A DNA stretch of 53,995 bases, filler included, from an uncultured virus (IMG/VR IMGVR_UViG_2061766007_002010) (taxonomy: Duplodnaviria; Heunggongvirae; Uroviricota; Caudoviricetes). It is 2 parts of one record of this genome, joined end to end, with 100 filler letters (N's around TTAATTAATTAA, not from the genome) between each part and the next. Parts side by side here need not be neighbours in the genome. Positions count along the whole stretch, not along the records: positions 23,438 to 53,995 come from IMGVR_UViG_2061766007_002010; 1 more part is not named here. One strand, written 5' to 3'. This document shows positions 52,036-53,995 of this stretch, one piece after another. Under the pieces are notes generated by a model. The model ran no database searches. It was not told where the DNA came from and saw nothing but the letters and a program-made list of their open reading frames with translations. The stretch's first letter is position 1. Each line of letters starts with the position of its first letter. The position numbers were made by a program, and so were the translations under genes.

Positions 52036-52529
52036 TAGTCATCACCCTCACTTTTACCTTCGTATTTAGCTTTTAAACGTAAATAGTTTTCAAACTCTGC
52101 ACGTTCTTTGTGTTCAATTTCTTCTTTTTCTCTATCTTTCTTAATTTTGAGTTGTGCTTCAGCTAGATTTGACATATAGCCAATCCAATTGGTTAATTTT
52201 TCATTATCATACAAGAATTCAGCATCTTCAATATAAAAATATGATGTCTCATCATGATCACCATACCAGCCAGTTACTTTAATGCTAACCCCTTTTCCGT
52301 CAAGTTCTGCTTCAACACGATCATGATACTGTTGTTTGGCTATTCCTAGTCTATCTAAACAAGCATATTCGATTGTTTTTTCATCACTGGATGCAATTTC
52401 ATATTTAGAAAGATACTCGGTAAAAATACGATGGAATACTTCACATGTACATTTCGTAAATGCCTCTTGCTCTAAGCAAAGTTCAGCATTAAGCTTTTTA
52501 TAATTATCCAGATTTTCTTTTGTATACAT
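52035..52529 (-). CDS. Hypothetical protein
   Basis: 164 aa ORF; C-terminal ERAEFENYLRLKAKYE. Confidence 0.7.
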   Translation of the reverse strand: MYTKENLDNYKKLNAELCLEQEAFTKCTCEVFHRIFTEYLSKYEIASSDEKTIEYACLDRLGIAKQQYHDRVEAELDGKGVSIKVTGWYGDHDETSYFYIEDAEFLYDNEKLTNWIGYMSNLAEAQLKIKKDREKEEIEHKERAEFENYLRLKAKYEGKSEGDD

Positions 52530-52574
52530 AATTATTTAATATGGCCATTTTATTGTTATCCCACCATATATTAA

Positions 52575-52610
52575 AATATAGGAAAAGGATTGACAATCGT
52601 CAACCCTTTT
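52575..52610 (-). terminator. Terminator hairpin overlapping an early promoter (TTGACG-N17-TATATT)
   Basis: AAAAGGGTTGAC-gatt-GTCAATCCTTTT on minus strand; -35 at 52603-52598, -10 at 52580-52575. Confidence 0.7.
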
Positions 52611-52627
52611 ATTTTTAAGCTTAATGA

Positions 52628-53638
52628 TTAATATGGATTATTGTCAGGCTCTGACGGTTTGTCCCAGTCCCATTCATCGAGCCATTCGTTAAAATAATCC
52701 CAGTCGAACTGGCCGTCCACGATTAATTCACTTTCCTCGCAGAACTTACGGAAGTCACCATTGTATTCATCGTCAATGAACTTACAGAAGTCGTCATCGA
52801 AATAACCCCATGCATCATCACCGTCATTCCACCACTTAACTTCCCCGTCCTCATCGTTATACTCATCATGTACATATTCGTCAATCACATCGACCAAGTG
52901 GTCCATCATTACCTTGTTCAATGCGTCCTCATCAATCTCCCTGCACAAGTCGAAATTACCCAATGGGTCGTTTGTGATTAGCTCATTTACCCTGTCATAT
53001 TTTCGTTTCTTGTTCAATTTCTGAGCATTCTTCTCTGCGTTTCTGGACACACCCGGGAGGTCCGACTTTAGATTCTGATAATTATGTTCCTTGCAGGCCT
53101 TTTCCGCATCGATTACGTTCTGCTTTACCATGGAAATAAACTCGTCAACCGTACCGTCATAGTACTCCTTCTTTATTTTCCAATGCAAGGCATCGCCTGC
53201 TGATCCGTTCAAAAGTTCAAATCCTATGTATATCTCGAACCTATGGAAATAGGAACTTACACCACGACGTTTCAGATATTCCTTATACTCATCCGTAGGC
53301 TCCTTCTTGATGCATAGCAGGAACTTCCCAGGTACCTCTCCGTCCTTAACGATATTCTTTATACCATCCTTAAACACATCCTTCCTATAGGCATACTGTT
53401 CTGCCGTACGTGGGGAATAATAGTCTGTGCCGATTGTCGGATCGTAACCCAGGTTGGCGTAGTAACTTACCTTCTCGGTAGGGATAAGCTGTACGGTATA
53501 CCCCTTTCTTTCATACTCGTTCTTGAGTGTTACAAGGGCATCCCATATCTTGCTAGCCTCATCGTTTGTATATTCGCGTTCTTTTAGCAATAAATAACCG
53601 TTTGCCTTAAGAAGTTGTCTAGCTTCGTTTAAATTCAT
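52628..53638 (-). CDS. Late protein with capsid-targeting-like leader and acidic D/W-rich C-terminus; putative internal head protein
   Basis: MNLNEARQLLKANGYLLLKE; late promoter and SD AAGGAG; body is GC-richer than flanks. Confidence 0.75.
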   Translation of the reverse strand: MNLNEARQLLKANGYLLLKEREYTNDEASKIWDALVTLKNEYERKGYTVQLIPTEKVSYYANLGYDPTIGTDYYSPRTAEQYAYRKDVFKDGIKNIVKDGEVPGKFLLCIKKEPTDEYKEYLKRRGVSSYFHRFEIYIGFELLNGSAGDALHWKIKKEYYDGTVDEFISMVKQNVIDAEKACKEHNYQNLKSDLPGVSRNAEKNAQKLNKKRKYDRVNELITNDPLGNFDLCREIDEDALNKVMMDHLVDVIDEYVHDEYNDEDGEVKWWNDGDDAWGYFDDDFCKFIDDEYNGDFRKFCEESELIVDGQFDWDYFNEWLDEWDWDKPSEPDNNPY

Positions 53639-53660
53639 TTAAATCTCCTTAATTTTATAT

Positions 53661-53687
53661 TATTTATAGAAATTTTGTCTATAAATA
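53661..53687. promoter_or_regulatory. Divergent pair of late promoters
   Basis: TATAAATA on minus (53668-53661) and plus (53680-53687). Confidence 0.75.
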
Positions 53688-53714
53688 AAGAAACGTTTAA
53701 GAAAAGGTGAAAAT

Positions 53715-53995
53715 ATGAATTTAAATGAATGGACAATGAATCAAGCTGCTGGCTTGTTAAACGAAGAGTTTGAACCATTAGGTTCTAAAGAACACTATAG
53801 TACTGAAGAAATTCGTAAAATTGCAAAACAGAGAGAAATGTTGCATGAAGAAACAGATTCTGATTCTTCTTTAGAACCTATCTTTGAAACTCTTACAAAA
53901 ACTCGTGATATTTGGCTAAAGGAATTTCAGGAAACATTACCTGCAGGTTATCATGCTACTGCCTATACTGGTTCTTGTGCAAATGGATTGTCTAA
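53715..53995 (+). CDS. Late protein with LNE-type leader (truncated by window end)
   Basis: SD AAGGTG; MNLNEWTMNQAAGLLNEEFEPL...MLHEE open to end. Confidence 0.7.
   Translation, partial: MNLNEWTMNQAAGLLNEEFEPLGSKEHYSTEEIRKIAKQREMLHEETDSDSSLEPIFETLTKTRDIWLKEFQETLPAGYHATAYTGSCANGLS

Noticed and set aside
1..53995. Stop-codon reassignment as in Lak or some crAss-like phages
   Set aside because: Long intact ORFs under code 11; TAG and TGA end genes at sensible positions (e.g. 18576, 30214, 22908); fragmentation coincides with N gaps

Overview
AT-rich segment of a large T4-like (myovirus-type, probably jumbo) phage genome from a gappy metagenomic scaffold. Two scaffolds are joined by an artificial 100-nt linker (N44-TTAATTAATTAA-N44, 23338-23437). 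Left part (1-23337) is a late tail/baseplate module: gp15-, gp53-, gp25-like and tape-measure-like proteins, a large wedge-like protein, a Zn-finger giant and a tube-initiator-like protein with CW_7 repeats. It also carries a Dps-like protein, NUDIX, glycosyltransferase, UvsW-like helicase and SufE. Right part (23438-53995) has M18 and M16 peptidases, NMNAT-Nudix, a phosphoesterase-kinase fusion, a TerD-like protein behind a structured leader RNA, a histidine phosphatase, an amidase endolysin and many small early ORFs. Scattered through it are late genes sharing an N-terminal 'LNEA..LL...GY.L.E'-type leader that looks like a capsid-targeting/prohead-protease signal fused to unrelated cargo. 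Regulatory grammar is very legible: T4-type late promoters (TATAAATA), two of them palindromic, bidirectional and apparently driving leaderless mRNAs; sigma70-like TTGACA/TTTACA-N17-TATATT early promoters; intrinsic terminators; and an anti-Shine-Dalgarno inverted repeat. Standard genetic code. No tRNA, rRNA, CRISPR array or transposase recognised. Protein calls are from motif recognition by eye, not database searches, and many CDS limits are uncertain because of N gaps.
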